This document shows positions 27,612 through 35,234 of a DNA stretch of 64,000 bases, piece by piece. Both the position numbers and the translations under genes were made by a program. How positions within the stretch are numbered: the first letter of the stretch is position 1; each line of letters begins with the position of its first letter. Origin of the DNA: a virus (lineage: Duplodnaviria > Caudoviricetes); IMG/VR virus record IMGVR_UViG_3300020576_003495, positions 96,001-160,000 of that record. One strand, 5' to 3'. The notes under the pieces were generated by a model. It was not told the origin of the DNA. It searched no databases and saw only the letters and a program-made list of their open reading frames with translations.

Positions 27612-28112
27612 ATGTCCCCCGAACAGAAACAAGCCACATCCGAAGGTATTGAGAATGCTTTAGCTAGCGTACCCCCCGAGATTGTTGATGAAGCCCTACG
27701 CTTCTGGTATGCCTACGCAAAACTCCATTATCGTTTTACATCGGCACAAGTCCTCGTTTCTTTCCTTGCTCGCAAGGGCACAACACCCGGAAATGGCAAG
27801 GGTTGGCGGGATTGTTGGGGGTCGATTTGCGTGAAAGCCAAAAAGCAAGGCATCATGCAAAAAGTGGGGATCATGGTCACCACTGAGAAGCATACCCACA
27901 TGGGTCACGGTGCGTACTGGCAGTCCAAGGTTTATGAAGGTGGGGATGAGCAGTATCGAAACAGCCCCGAGCAGGATTTGAAGCGTGCGCTGTACATGCG
28001 CTGGCTCAAGAAGGATTATGAGAATCTGCGTGACTACACGGATGACGTGTTTTCGATGGGGGTCAAGTTTGCCCTTGAGAACAAAGAGTACGTTGCGGGG
28101 ATAAAAATTTAA
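27612..28112 (+). CDS. hypothetical protein
   Basis: AGGAG RBS, clean ORF. Confidence 0.7.
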   Translation: MSPEQKQATSEGIENALASVPPEIVDEALRFWYAYAKLHYRFTSAQVLVSFLARKGTTPGNGKGWRDCWGSICVKAKKQGIMQKVGIMVTTEKHTHMGHGAYWQSKVYEGGDEQYRNSPEQDLKRALYMRWLKKDYENLRDYTDDVFSMGVKFALENKEYVAGIKI

Positions 28113-28148
28113 CTGTGTGTGCTAACGTACAGACAGGTAGTTTCAACT

Positions 28149-28223
28149 GTGTCCCTGACAGAGAGGCCGATGTGCAGGATTGCAAACCCTGATAGCCCGG
28201 TTCAATTCCGGGGGGACACTCCA
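28149..28223 (+). tRNA. tRNA-Cys(GCA)
   Basis: loop TTGCAAA, U73, CCA. Confidence 0.9.
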
Positions 28224-28226
28224 AGT

Positions 28227-28378
28227 TACGTAGCATCACGGAAGGAACGTGCGTGGCCCACGAGGTCGATGGGGTACGGTCAGTTTTCATGTGGGGGTCG
28301 ACGCCCTAACATGCAAAGCTTAATGCTGTGCTGACAAGAAGGTGAGCAGGGCGCAACCCTGTAAGACCTTCCTACGTA
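28227..28378 (+). ncRNA. structured ncRNA candidate
   Basis: closed by TACGTAG/CTACGTA, internal hairpins, flanked by tRNAs. Confidence 0.45.
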
Positions 28379-28381
28379 TTT

Positions 28382-28459
28382 GCGCTCTGAGCTAGTCTGG
28401 TGATTCAGCGACAGTTTGAAGAACTGTAGAACTAGGTTCGATTCCTAGAGGGTGCACCA
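28382..28459 (+). tRNA. tRNA-Phe(GAA)
   Basis: ACAGT-TTGAAGA-ACTGT, CCA. Confidence 0.88.
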
Positions 28460-28478
28460 AGATTACTGTATAGTCGAG

Positions 28479-28553
28479 TGGGGTGATATGCAATGGATGC
28501 ATACTTGGCTTTGAACCAAGGTTAGTCAGGTTCGATTCCTACCACCCCTTCCA
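28479..28553 (+). tRNA. tRNA-Gln(TTG)
   Basis: CTTGG-CTTTGAA-CCAAG, CCA. Confidence 0.88.
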
Positions 28554-28559
28554 GTTTTT

Positions 28560-28643
28560 AGAGAGATGAGCTTTGGAAGCAAACTATCTTGGAAAGGTAG
28601 TCCATCCGAAAGGGTGACAGTTCGATTCTGTATCTCTCTGCCA
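28560..28643 (+). tRNA. tRNA-Ser(GGA)
   Basis: CTATC-TTGGAAA-GGTAG, long variable arm. Confidence 0.88.
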
Positions 28644-28651
28644 TGTTTTAA

Positions 28652-28739
28652 GGTTAGGTGCGCGAGTGGCTAAAGCGTCTTGTTTGCTAAACAATGAGTC
28701 CGAAAGGGCACTAGGGTTCGAACCCCTACCTAACCGCCA
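28652..28739 (+). tRNA. tRNA-Ser(GCT)
   Basis: loop TTGCTAA, long variable arm, CCA. Confidence 0.92.
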
Positions 28740-28745
28740 TGTTAC

Positions 28746-28822
28746 GCCGGGTTGACGGAATTGGCATACGTGCAAGTTTCAAAAACTTGATCTTGCGGGT
28801 TCGACTCCCGCACCCGGCACCA
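28746..28822 (+). tRNA. tRNA-Leu(CAA), short variable arm
   Basis: CAAGT-TTCAAAA-ACTTG, CCA. Confidence 0.9.
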
Positions 28823-28828
28823 AGTTTT

Positions 28829-28905
28829 GCCCTTGTGGTGGAATAGGCATACACACGCGCTTGAGGGGTGCGGTTCTGTCGGTTCGAGTCCGACCAAGGG
28901 TACCA
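28829..28905 (+). tRNA. tRNA-Leu(GAG), short variable arm
   Basis: CGCGC-TTGAGGG-GTGCG, CCA. Confidence 0.9.
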
Positions 28906-28911
28906 GTCTAT

Positions 28912-28982
28912 GCCCTCACTATCGAATAGCATCAGGTTTCCTAAACCAGATTGTGACAGTTAAACTCTGTCTGAGGGCACCA
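28912..28982 (+). tRNA. tRNA-Arg(CCT), minimal D arm
   Basis: loop TTCCTAA, perfect acceptor and T stems, CCA. Confidence 0.8.
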
Positions 28983-28983
28983 T

Positions 28984-29054
28984 ACCCCGACTGTGGGACA
29001 GATTTTGGCCTTCTAAGCCAAAAATGGGAGGTTCGAAACCTTCTCGGGGTGCCA
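28984..29054 (+). tRNA. tRNA-Arg(TCT), minimal D arm
   Basis: TTGGC-CTTCTAA-GCCAA, CCA. Confidence 0.82.
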
Positions 29055-29060
29055 AGTTTT

Positions 29061-29134
29061 GCGGATGTAGCTTAGTGATAAAGCGCTTGTTTGCCAAGCA
29101 AGATACGCGAGTTTGATTCTCGTCTTCCGCTCCA
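29061..29134 (+). tRNA. tRNA-Gly(GCC)
   Basis: loop TTGCCAA, U73, CCA. Confidence 0.9.
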
Positions 29135-29140
29135 AGTTTC

Positions 29141-29215
29141 GCCCTTGTAGCACAGTGGCAGTGCACTCGCTTGGTAAGCGAGAGGTCGTGGGTTCGATTC
29201 CGACCAAGGGCACCA
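29141..29215 (+). tRNA. tRNA-Thr(GGT)
   Basis: CTCGC-TTGGTAA-GCGAG. Confidence 0.92.
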
Positions 29216-29221
29216 AGTTTC

Positions 29222-29296
29222 GCCCTTTTAGCGCAGTGATAGAGCAATCGTTTCGTAAGCGATAGGTCGTCTGTTTGATTCAGACAAGGGGCACCA
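29222..29296 (+). tRNA. tRNA-Thr(CGT)
   Basis: ATCGT-TTCGTAA-GCGAT. Confidence 0.9.
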
Positions 29297-29306
29297 GAGT
29301 TTTAAT

Positions 29307-29383
29307 GGGACGTTAGCTCAGTCGGTAGTAGCACTCGCCTCTTAAGCGATAGGTCGTCAGTTCGATCCTGACACGTCCTACCA
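29307..29383 (+). tRNA. tRNA-Lys(CTT)
   Basis: loop CTCTTAA, CCA. Confidence 0.92.
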
Positions 29384-29454
29384 TCACATACTCCTTGACA
29401 AACTGTGGGGATTGGATTATCATTACTCCATAGTCAATCAACGGAGTGATGATC

Positions 29455-29745
29455 ATGTGGAATATAGTAATCGAAGGTAGTCAGGAAGTGTACGTTCGCC
29501 ATAATAATGAAATCGTGGCCCGGTTCAAGTACGCATCCCCCAAGGCCAGTGCCAAGCATTTTGTGAAGTTTCTGAAGGCGAACTACAGCCCCGAAGAATA
29601 CTTTGCCAAGCGCAAGTTGGGCATCCCGCCTTTGCGTATCCTTCATCAAAAGGGGTACGTCAGCTACAACGTTGAACGTGCCGACAAGGAAGCTATTGCG
29701 GGGGCTAAGAAGGTTTGGGCGATGTATGATCGTCTGAGTTTTTAA
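29455..29745 (+). CDS. hypothetical protein
   Basis: promoter 29395 and ACGGAG RBS. Confidence 0.65.
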   Translation: MWNIVIEGSQEVYVRHNNEIVARFKYASPKASAKHFVKFLKANYSPEEYFAKRKLGIPPLRILHQKGYVSYNVERADKEAIAGAKKVWAMYDRLSF

Positions 29746-29751
29746 AGTTTC

Positions 29752-30087
29752 GGTGTTCGTAGAGGGTGGGCTTAGAAGCAGCCATCCCTTAAAGAGTAGG
29801 ACAAGTGCTGTATGCAGGTACACATAGGCAGTTTAAGGGCATAGTTAACTGGCCGAAAAGTTCAATAGGGTTTGTGTGGATTCTTAGAACGGCTTGGGGT
29901 CTGGACTCCAAGTACCAATCGAAAGACGAAGCAAATCACGCCAAGGCAGTCTCGCAAACTGCTGAAGGAATGGGGGTTGCACCCACTGAGAGCGAATGGC
30001 ATACAGAGCCACACGGCAAGTATCAATGGAAGGCAGAGATGCTAAATCCAACGATTCCTTTTAGCGTAGTAGCACACTACGAACACC
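29752..30087 (+). ncRNA. 23S rRNA H43/H44 mimic ncRNA, copy 2
   Basis: AGGGTGGGCTTAGAAGCAGCCATCCCTTAAAGA ... AGCGTAGTAGCACAC closed by GGTGTTCGTAG/CTACGAACACC; colinear with copy 1. Confidence 0.85.
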
Positions 30088-30146
30088 ACCCATTTTTAGG
30101 AGATTTATCATGCGTTCAGAAGAAAGTGACAAACGCCCCGAATAAT

Positions 30147-30221
30147 GGGCGTGTAATTCAATTGGGAGAATCACCGGCTTTTACCCGGTTTACCAGAGTT
30201 CAAATCTCTGCGCGCCTACCA
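30147..30221 (+). tRNA. tRNA-Lys(TTT)
   Basis: ACCGG-CTTTTAC-CCGGT, CCA. Confidence 0.9.
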
Positions 30222-30239
30222 GTTGCAAGTAATTTCAAT

Positions 30240-30274
30240 GGTGATTGAAGAGCAAATTGGCCGCGCCAGCAGCC
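30240..30274 (+). pseudogene. 5' remnant of a His-type tRNA
   Basis: GGTGATTG-AAGAGCAAATTGGCCGCGCCA matches the D region of the adjacent tRNA-His. Confidence 0.7.
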
Positions 30275-30285
30275 ATAGTTTCAAT

Positions 30286-30374
30286 GGAGTCGTAAGAGCA
30301 AAGAGGACGCGCCACACGGCTGTGAACCGTGTCTCGAAAGAGGTTAGTGGGTTCAAGCCCCACACGACTCCCCA
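30286..30374 (+). tRNA. tRNA-His(GTG) with long variable arm
   Basis: 8-bp acceptor (G-1:C73), CACGG-CTGTGAA-CCGTG. Confidence 0.9.
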
Positions 30375-30496
30375 ACTGCATCAAAGGCTTTAACGGAAGC
30401 TACTAATTAGCGCACGGGTGTTCCAGTTTTTCTTGTAGTCGTAGCTGTAACGGTAAAAAGTCTCGTATGATTAAGCTATGCGAGGCGGGTAACAAT

Positions 30497-30573
30497 GCTG
30501 GTGTCGTCTAATGGACTAGGACATTTGACCTTCAATCAAAGCAATGTGGGTTCGACTCCCATCGCCAGCGCCA
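30497..30573 (+). tRNA. tRNA-Glu(TTC)
   Basis: TTTGA-CCTTCAA-TCAAA (C at position 33), CCA. Confidence 0.87.
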
Positions 30574-30610
30574 TTACTTAGTAAGAAATCTTTGTTGACC
30601 GATACCGTTC

Positions 30611-30646
30611 AAGGTGAGGCGGGTTTGACTCCCGTACCGGATACCA
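30611..30646 (+). pseudogene. 3' remnant of a tRNA (probably Glu)
   Basis: GCGGG-TTTGACT-CCCGT-ACCGGAT-A-CCA with no 5' half. Confidence 0.72.
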
Positions 30647-30655
30647 AGTTTCAAT

Positions 30656-30688
30656 TCCGCAGAATCCAAGCAAGGTGCAAGGACTTGT
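30656..30688 (+). pseudogene. 5' remnant of an Asn-type tRNA
   Basis: TCCGCAG-AA-TCCAAGCAAGGTGCAAGGA D arm, truncated in the anticodon stem. Confidence 0.6.
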
Positions 30689-30714
30689 CGGAAAGTGGGT
30701 GCAAAAAGATCAAT

Positions 30715-30803
30715 TCCCCGGTACTCTAATGGTAAGAGGCGATACTGTTAATATCGTGTAGTCGGCCTAGCGCCGTATAGAAGTTCGAGTCTTCTCTGGG
30801 GAG
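30715..30803 (+). tRNA. tRNA-Asn(GTT) with long variable arm, no encoded CCA
   Basis: CGATA-CTGTTAA-TATCG. Confidence 0.88.
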
Positions 30804-30808
30804 CACGT

Positions 30809-31216
30809 ATGAAGAATGGTGAGTATACTTTAGTCATAGCGCCTGAAGGGTATCCGGGCAAGAGGTACCGTGGTCGCTACTGCTATGAACATCATTTGGT
30901 TTGGTGGTTGAATACAGGTGAAGTCGTACTTGCTGGCGAGTTGATTCACCACAAAGATGAGGACAAGCGCAATAACGTTTTCCTTAACCTTGAGAAAATG
31001 TCAAAGACTTCTCATGATGCACACCACAGTAACCTACCGATTAAGTCGCCTGTTCTGGTGTCTCTTTTTTGTTTTTGGTGCGGTTCTGCTTTCACCTTGA
31101 GGAAGCATGTTTACGTGTGCAGGGTTAGAGCTAACGGGCATGCTGATGTGTGTTGTGGAAGGTCGTGCCAAGTCAAGAAGCAGCAGCATGACAAAAAAGT
31201 TAAAAAGGAAAATTAA
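30809..31216 (+). CDS. HNH homing endonuclease
   Basis: YEHHLVWW, IHHKDEDKRNN..NLE; related to 24941..25417. Confidence 0.9.
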   Translation: MKNGEYTLVIAPEGYPGKRYRGRYCYEHHLVWWLNTGEVVLAGELIHHKDEDKRNNVFLNLEKMSKTSHDAHHSNLPIKSPVLVSLFCFWCGSAFTLRKHVYVCRVRANGHADVCCGRSCQVKKQQHDKKVKKEN

Positions 31217-31290
31217 GCTATCAGGGTATAGCCTCTGCCTCGAAAACAGAAGGTTCCGAAAGGGATGAGTTTCGATTACTCAATTTTCCA
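31207..31290 (+). tRNA. tRNA-Ser(CGA), no encoded CCA
   Basis: GGAAAAT/ATTTTCC, loop CTCGAAA, long variable arm. Confidence 0.85.
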
Positions 31291-31341
31291 CACTAAAACT
31301 GTTCGACTTCTGCTAAAATATTATTTTTGTGGAGTCGAACC

Positions 31342-31866
31342 ATGCGGATAAGTAAAAAACAAATAGCTAGGTTTTGGTCTAACGTGCAGAAAACAGATAG
31401 CTGTTGGCTTTGGTTGCGGCAACCAAATAATAAAGGCTACGGTAAGGTAACTATAAGGCCGAATAGTCAAGAGCGTGTAATGCTATTGGCACACAGGCTA
31501 GCTTGGCTTCTAGTTAAAGGTGAAATACCAGATGGGTTATTTGTCCTACACAAGTGCGATACTCCCTTGTGTTGCAATCCCGAACACTTATTCCTTGGAA
31601 CTCAACAAGATAACATGGGTGATATGTGGGCTAAGGGGCGCAGTCGACTGCATGAGTTCAGGCACTTGGGGACGATTGCTGCACATACTGAAGTGGCTAC
31701 GCAAAAGCGGAAAGATACGTTTATTGCCATTGAACACCAGAAGGGTAAGCGCAACTCGCAGTTTGGGTCTTTTTGGATTACCGATGGTAAAGTTAATAAG
31801 AAGTGGCGTTCTGAGTTGGGCTGTATCCCCTCTGGTTTTTTTAAAGGACGTAGTAAATTTTTTTAA
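31342..31866 (+). CDS. HNH homing endonuclease
   Basis: CWLW, AHRLAW, VLHKCDTPLCCNPEHLFLGTQQDN. Confidence 0.93.
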   Translation: MRISKKQIARFWSNVQKTDSCWLWLRQPNNKGYGKVTIRPNSQERVMLLAHRLAWLLVKGEIPDGLFVLHKCDTPLCCNPEHLFLGTQQDNMGDMWAKGRSRLHEFRHLGTIAAHTEVATQKRKDTFIAIEHQKGKRNSQFGSFWITDGKVNKKWRSELGCIPSGFFKGRSKFF

Positions 31867-31871
31867 GTTTT

Positions 31872-31959
31872 GGAAACGTGGCAGAGTGGTCAATTGCACC
31901 GGCTTTGAATACCGGCAGTCCGAAAGGGCACGTGCGTTCGAATCGCACCGTTTCCGCCA
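31872..31959 (+). tRNA. tRNA-Ser(TGA)
   Basis: loop TTTGAAT, long variable arm, CCA. Confidence 0.92.
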
Positions 31960-32021
31960 TAAATTATTAGAATGTCCCCCCCTAGTGTAGAGTGTTAAAG
32001 TTGGCTTTTTTTAGGTGCGAT

Positions 32022-32444
32022 ATGAATAACTTTGCAAAGATTCTTAAAGGTGGGCCGGGTTCGGGTCGTCATGCGGGAGCCTATTCACCCGCTCAAAGAA
32101 AAAAAATTGAAGAAAGATCACACATGCTCTTGCGTAATAGTCGTTTAAATGGGGGGGGTAAGCAGTCACACACACCCGTAGTTGTTCCAATTTATCACAA
32201 TAAAGACGCTAAAGACTCGGAACTGAATAGGAATGCCTATCAGATGCTAGTTGATAAAGGTCTAGTTAAGCATGTAAGCAGTGTAGATCACGTTAGAGAG
32301 CCGTGGACGTCTAAATTCACCCCCGAGCCTACTAAGTATAGGCAGCATGATCACACGTTGTTAACAGGGGAGTTAACAGATGCGGGTAAAGCACACCCAG
32401 CGGCTAGTTTGGCTGTTAATTCTAACGGTGAGTTTACTACTTAA
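32022..32444 (+). CDS. hypothetical putative virion protein
   Basis: leader FAKILK-GGPGSG. Confidence 0.7.
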   Translation: MNNFAKILKGGPGSGRHAGAYSPAQRKKIEERSHMLLRNSRLNGGGKQSHTPVVVPIYHNKDAKDSELNRNAYQMLVDKGLVKHVSSVDHVREPWTSKFTPEPTKYRQHDHTLLTGELTDAGKAHPAASLAVNSNGEFTT

Positions 32445-32456
32445 AGCCGCGTCCCC

Positions 32457-33281
32457 ATGTTTTCACATATCCTTAAGTTCAACCACAACCATGGGGTTGA
32501 TGGAAAGTTTTCATCGTCCAACGGTTCGGCGTCTGTTCAATCTACCGCCCCTGTAGGCATTCAATTTGTCTCCCCCAATGTGCGTGAAGGCACGGACATT
32601 AACTACGCCATGCGGCGTTCAGGCGGCACGTTACAGCGCCATTTCCGCAAAGACTTCCAAGCCGTTGACAATCTTTTGGGGACGCAAGGCGCTCAAGAAG
32701 ATGCAATAGGCGCATGGTCGGACGGTGGTGAGAATTCAATCGCACAATTTAGTGCTAACGACCTTCCATTAGAAAAGCTGAATGTTTCAGCCGCGATGAA
32801 AGGCTATTTAGCAGAACAGAAAGCCGTAGTTTCCTTTAAAACAGGAAAAGGCAACCAGAAGATGCATACGTTTGATGCGAACATTTCTGACCCTGTGTTG
32901 CTGAGCAAGGAACTGGTAGAGCAAGGACTCCCATTTCATACATTGCTCCCCCATGCAGGACATGAAGGATTTCAGGTGATTGTGTTTAGCGACAACGCAT
33001 CATCGAAAGAAGGTAAGGCGCTGTCCCTGAATGTAACCAAAGCGGCTAAGTCTTTCGGCAGCAAGCACACCTATATGAAGGGTAGCGGGGGCTTCATTGG
33101 GAGTTGGGATACCCGTGAAGCAGGAAGAACAGAGTACAATAAAGTCATTGATCCCTATATTGCCAAGCACCCGGAGTTGAAAGCCGGTTGGGACGCCATG
33201 GTGAAAAAGATGAAGCACCGTGTCACAAAGTTCATCAACATATTATTTAAGAAGGCTTTTACAGGAGTATCCTATGCCTAA
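32457..33281 (+). CDS. hypothetical putative virion effector
   Basis: leader MFSHILK-FNHNHGVDGKF. Confidence 0.7.
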   Translation: MFSHILKFNHNHGVDGKFSSSNGSASVQSTAPVGIQFVSPNVREGTDINYAMRRSGGTLQRHFRKDFQAVDNLLGTQGAQEDAIGAWSDGGENSIAQFSANDLPLEKLNVSAAMKGYLAEQKAVVSFKTGKGNQKMHTFDANISDPVLLSKELVEQGLPFHTLLPHAGHEGFQVIVFSDNASSKEGKALSLNVTKAAKSFGSKHTYMKGSGGFIGSWDTREAGRTEYNKVIDPYIAKHPELKAGWDAMVKKMKHRVTKFINILFKKAFTGVSYA

Positions 33282-33492
33282 GATAAATTTACCTGAGTTT
33301 CCCCCCTTAGACTCGAAACATTATCCCTCTGATGAAGCCATCTCTGCGGAGCTAAAAAGACGTAGAGCGTTGATTGACGCAGCATGGCCTGATGATCTTG
33401 AAGTGTCCGACGACGAACTGCATGAATTGGGTTACGCTGTAGAAAAGACCGGGGACAACAAGGGTCTTAACGTGATCTTGGGGCGCGGTTAG
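33274..33492 (+). CDS. small acidic protein (candidate immunity protein)
   Basis: AGGAG RBS, overlaps the stop of the upstream gene. Confidence 0.65.
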   Translation: MPKINLPEFPPLDSKHYPSDEAISAELKRRRALIDAAWPDDLEVSDDELHELGYAVEKTGDNKGLNVILGRG

Positions 33493-33516
33493 TCTGCACG
33501 GTTGATTGGAGTTGCT

Positions 33517-35133
33517 ATGTTTGCTGCCCTACTAAGAAATGATATATCTTATGTCCTTAAAGGGGATGTGGTAGGCCACCCTTTCCGTGGAAACCAATAT
33601 GGAAAAGGCGTATCCCAAGGCCAAGACTATACCGACAGTAAGGGCCGTGCACATATTGGTGATTTAGACCCAACACAGCGCAGAGCAGAGTCGGCGTTTT
33701 ATGGTGCTATTGAAAAAGATTTGCCGTCGCTGATCAAAGCCTATCAGGAAAAGAACGGGCACACGATTGACGCGGATAAGGTAAAAGAACTATCCCCCGA
33801 TTTCCTGTCGAACCCTTCTTTGTTTGCTGCTGCCGTGCATGAGCCTAGTTCGTTGCTCTCCAAGGTGTTGTTTAGTACAGAACTGGATGCTAAGGCCAAA
33901 GCAGGGGATACTAGCCCCACGATACTGACCGCAGGTGGCAGTGGGTCGGGCAAGAGCGAAGCCATGCCGATTGTGCTAAAGGCCATCAACGCTAAAAAGG
34001 GTGGTTTGGTTTTTGATTCTGTCTTGGGTAACTTTGGTTCAGCCAAGAGCAAGATTGATGAAGCCTTGGTTAAAACTAAAGGTGATGTGGTGATTGCCTA
34101 CACCAACAGAAAACTTGAGGACGCTTTCCGTTCAAACGCTAAACGTGCACGCACAGTTTTGACGAAGACGTTGGTTGGTGCACATGTCGGTGCTTCTAAT
34201 AATATTAGAAAGCTGGCAGAACACTACGCTGGAAATCCTCGTGTGAAAATCCACGTGGTCAATAATTTTGGGGGTGTCGAGGATATTCACCAAGGAAAAT
34301 TGGAGGATGTTCCCACATACGGTTCAGATACAACCGATAAACTGCATGCAATTGCTGATACAATGCATGCCAACAAGGAAATTAGTGATGAAATCTACGC
34401 CCACATTACAAAAGGACGATCCGTTCAGAAAAGCTGCGCTCGAATTCTCAAAGAAACATCCGGGAAAAACTTTGGACGATATTGCTTTGGAACAGGAGAA
34501 GGAATCCGATGCCAGAGCAGCGGAACACCTGAAGAATCCGAAGGTGCAAGCGGCGTTCGGAAAGGCGAGTCCGCAGGGCACCCCTTCCGGGGAAACCAAT
34601 ACACCAGCAAAGACATTGGAACAGGTGGTGGAACAAATCAATCAGGAGCTAGCGGAGACAGTTCCCTTCCACTTCGGGCAGACGGGAAAGTAGAGCTAAC
34701 GCACTGGTCGAATGCGGCTAATTTGAGCAGCATTGATCCTTCGCACTACGGTCACGGCTATGCGGGGGCTGAAAAAGCACGTAAGGACTCTGACCCTGAT
34801 GATTGGGTCGACAGGAGTTACTACGGCATTGGTGTAGGCCAGCCGGGGGGCTATGAAAAAGAAGAAGGCTTGGGTAGTCACAAGTACATCAGTGGTGTTG
34901 ATCCCAAGTCGCTCTACGATATTGTCAAAGACCCCGATGGGCTGAATCCCAAAGGCACGCTGGATAGCTGGACAAACCAGATGAGCCTGTATGAGAAAAA
35001 CATCAAGGGCAAAGGGTATACAGGATACTGGTTGAAGCACCCGAGTCTAGGGATGGTTGCAGCGGTGTTCAAGCCCCTTGTCCCTGAGCAGTACATTGCC
35101 CCCGTACAGAAGTTCGCTAAGTTCTTCAGATAA
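33517..35133 (+). CDS. two-domain protein: zeta-toxin-like kinase plus unknown C-terminal domain
   Basis: AGGSGSGKS, VHEPSS, FDSVL; GHPFRGNQY motif precedes each domain. Confidence 0.75.
   Translation: MFAALLRNDISYVLKGDVVGHPFRGNQYGKGVSQGQDYTDSKGRAHIGDLDPTQRRAESAFYGAIEKDLPSLIKAYQEKNGHTIDADKVKELSPDFLSNPSLFAAAVHEPSSLLSKVLFSTELDAKAKAGDTSPTILTAGGSGSGKSEAMPIVLKAINAKKGGLVFDSVLGNFGSAKSKIDEALVKTKGDVVIAYTNRKLEDAFRSNAKRARTVLTKTLVGAHVGASNNIRKLAEHYAGNPRVKIHVVNNFGGVEDIHQGKLEDVPTYGSDTTDKLHAIADTMHANKEISDEIYAHITKGRSVQKSCARILKETSGKNFGRYCFGTGEGIRCQSSGTPEESEGASGVRKGESAGHPFRGNQYTSKDIGTGGGTNQSGASGDSSLPLRADGKVELTHWSNAANLSSIDPSHYGHGYAGAEKARKDSDPDDWVDRSYYGIGVGQPGGYEKEEGLGSHKYISGVDPKSLYDIVKDPDGLNPKGTLDSWTNQMSLYEKNIKGKGYTGYWLKHPSLGMVAAVFKPLVPEQYIAPVQKFAKFFR
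34388..34693 (+). CDS. out-of-frame nested ORF (candidate antitoxin)
   Basis: AAGGAA RBS, helical charged product, overlaps the interdomain linker of 33517..35133. Confidence 0.5.
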   Translation: MKSTPTLQKDDPFRKAALEFSKKHPGKTLDDIALEQEKESDARAAEHLKNPKVQAAFGKASPQGTPSGETNTPAKTLEQVVEQINQELAETVPFHFGQTGK

Positions 35134-35138
35134 GTTTT

Positions 35139-35162
35139 GCCGGTTTCGCATAGTGGGATTGC
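35139..35162 (+). pseudogene. 5' half of a disrupted Thr-type tRNA
   Basis: GCCGGTT plus D arm; pairs with AACCGGC-ACCA ending at 35899. Confidence 0.85.
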
Positions 35163-35234
35163 CCTTACTAGCTTAGTGGCATTGCACTAAATCTTTTCTC
35201 CGTGTATACTGTTGGCTTTTGCGGAGACTAGCCG

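Noticed and set aside
25964-30087. True 23S rRNA gene or host contamination
   Set aside because: Similarity is limited to the ~58-nt H43/H44 domain, split by an unrelated insert, in phage context.
23556-30729. ORF-track entries over tRNA and ncRNA genes (e.g. 23641..23901, 24507..24764, 28827..29075, 29805..30248, 30544..30729)
   Set aside because: They overlap clear RNA genes, lack RBS and give implausible proteins.
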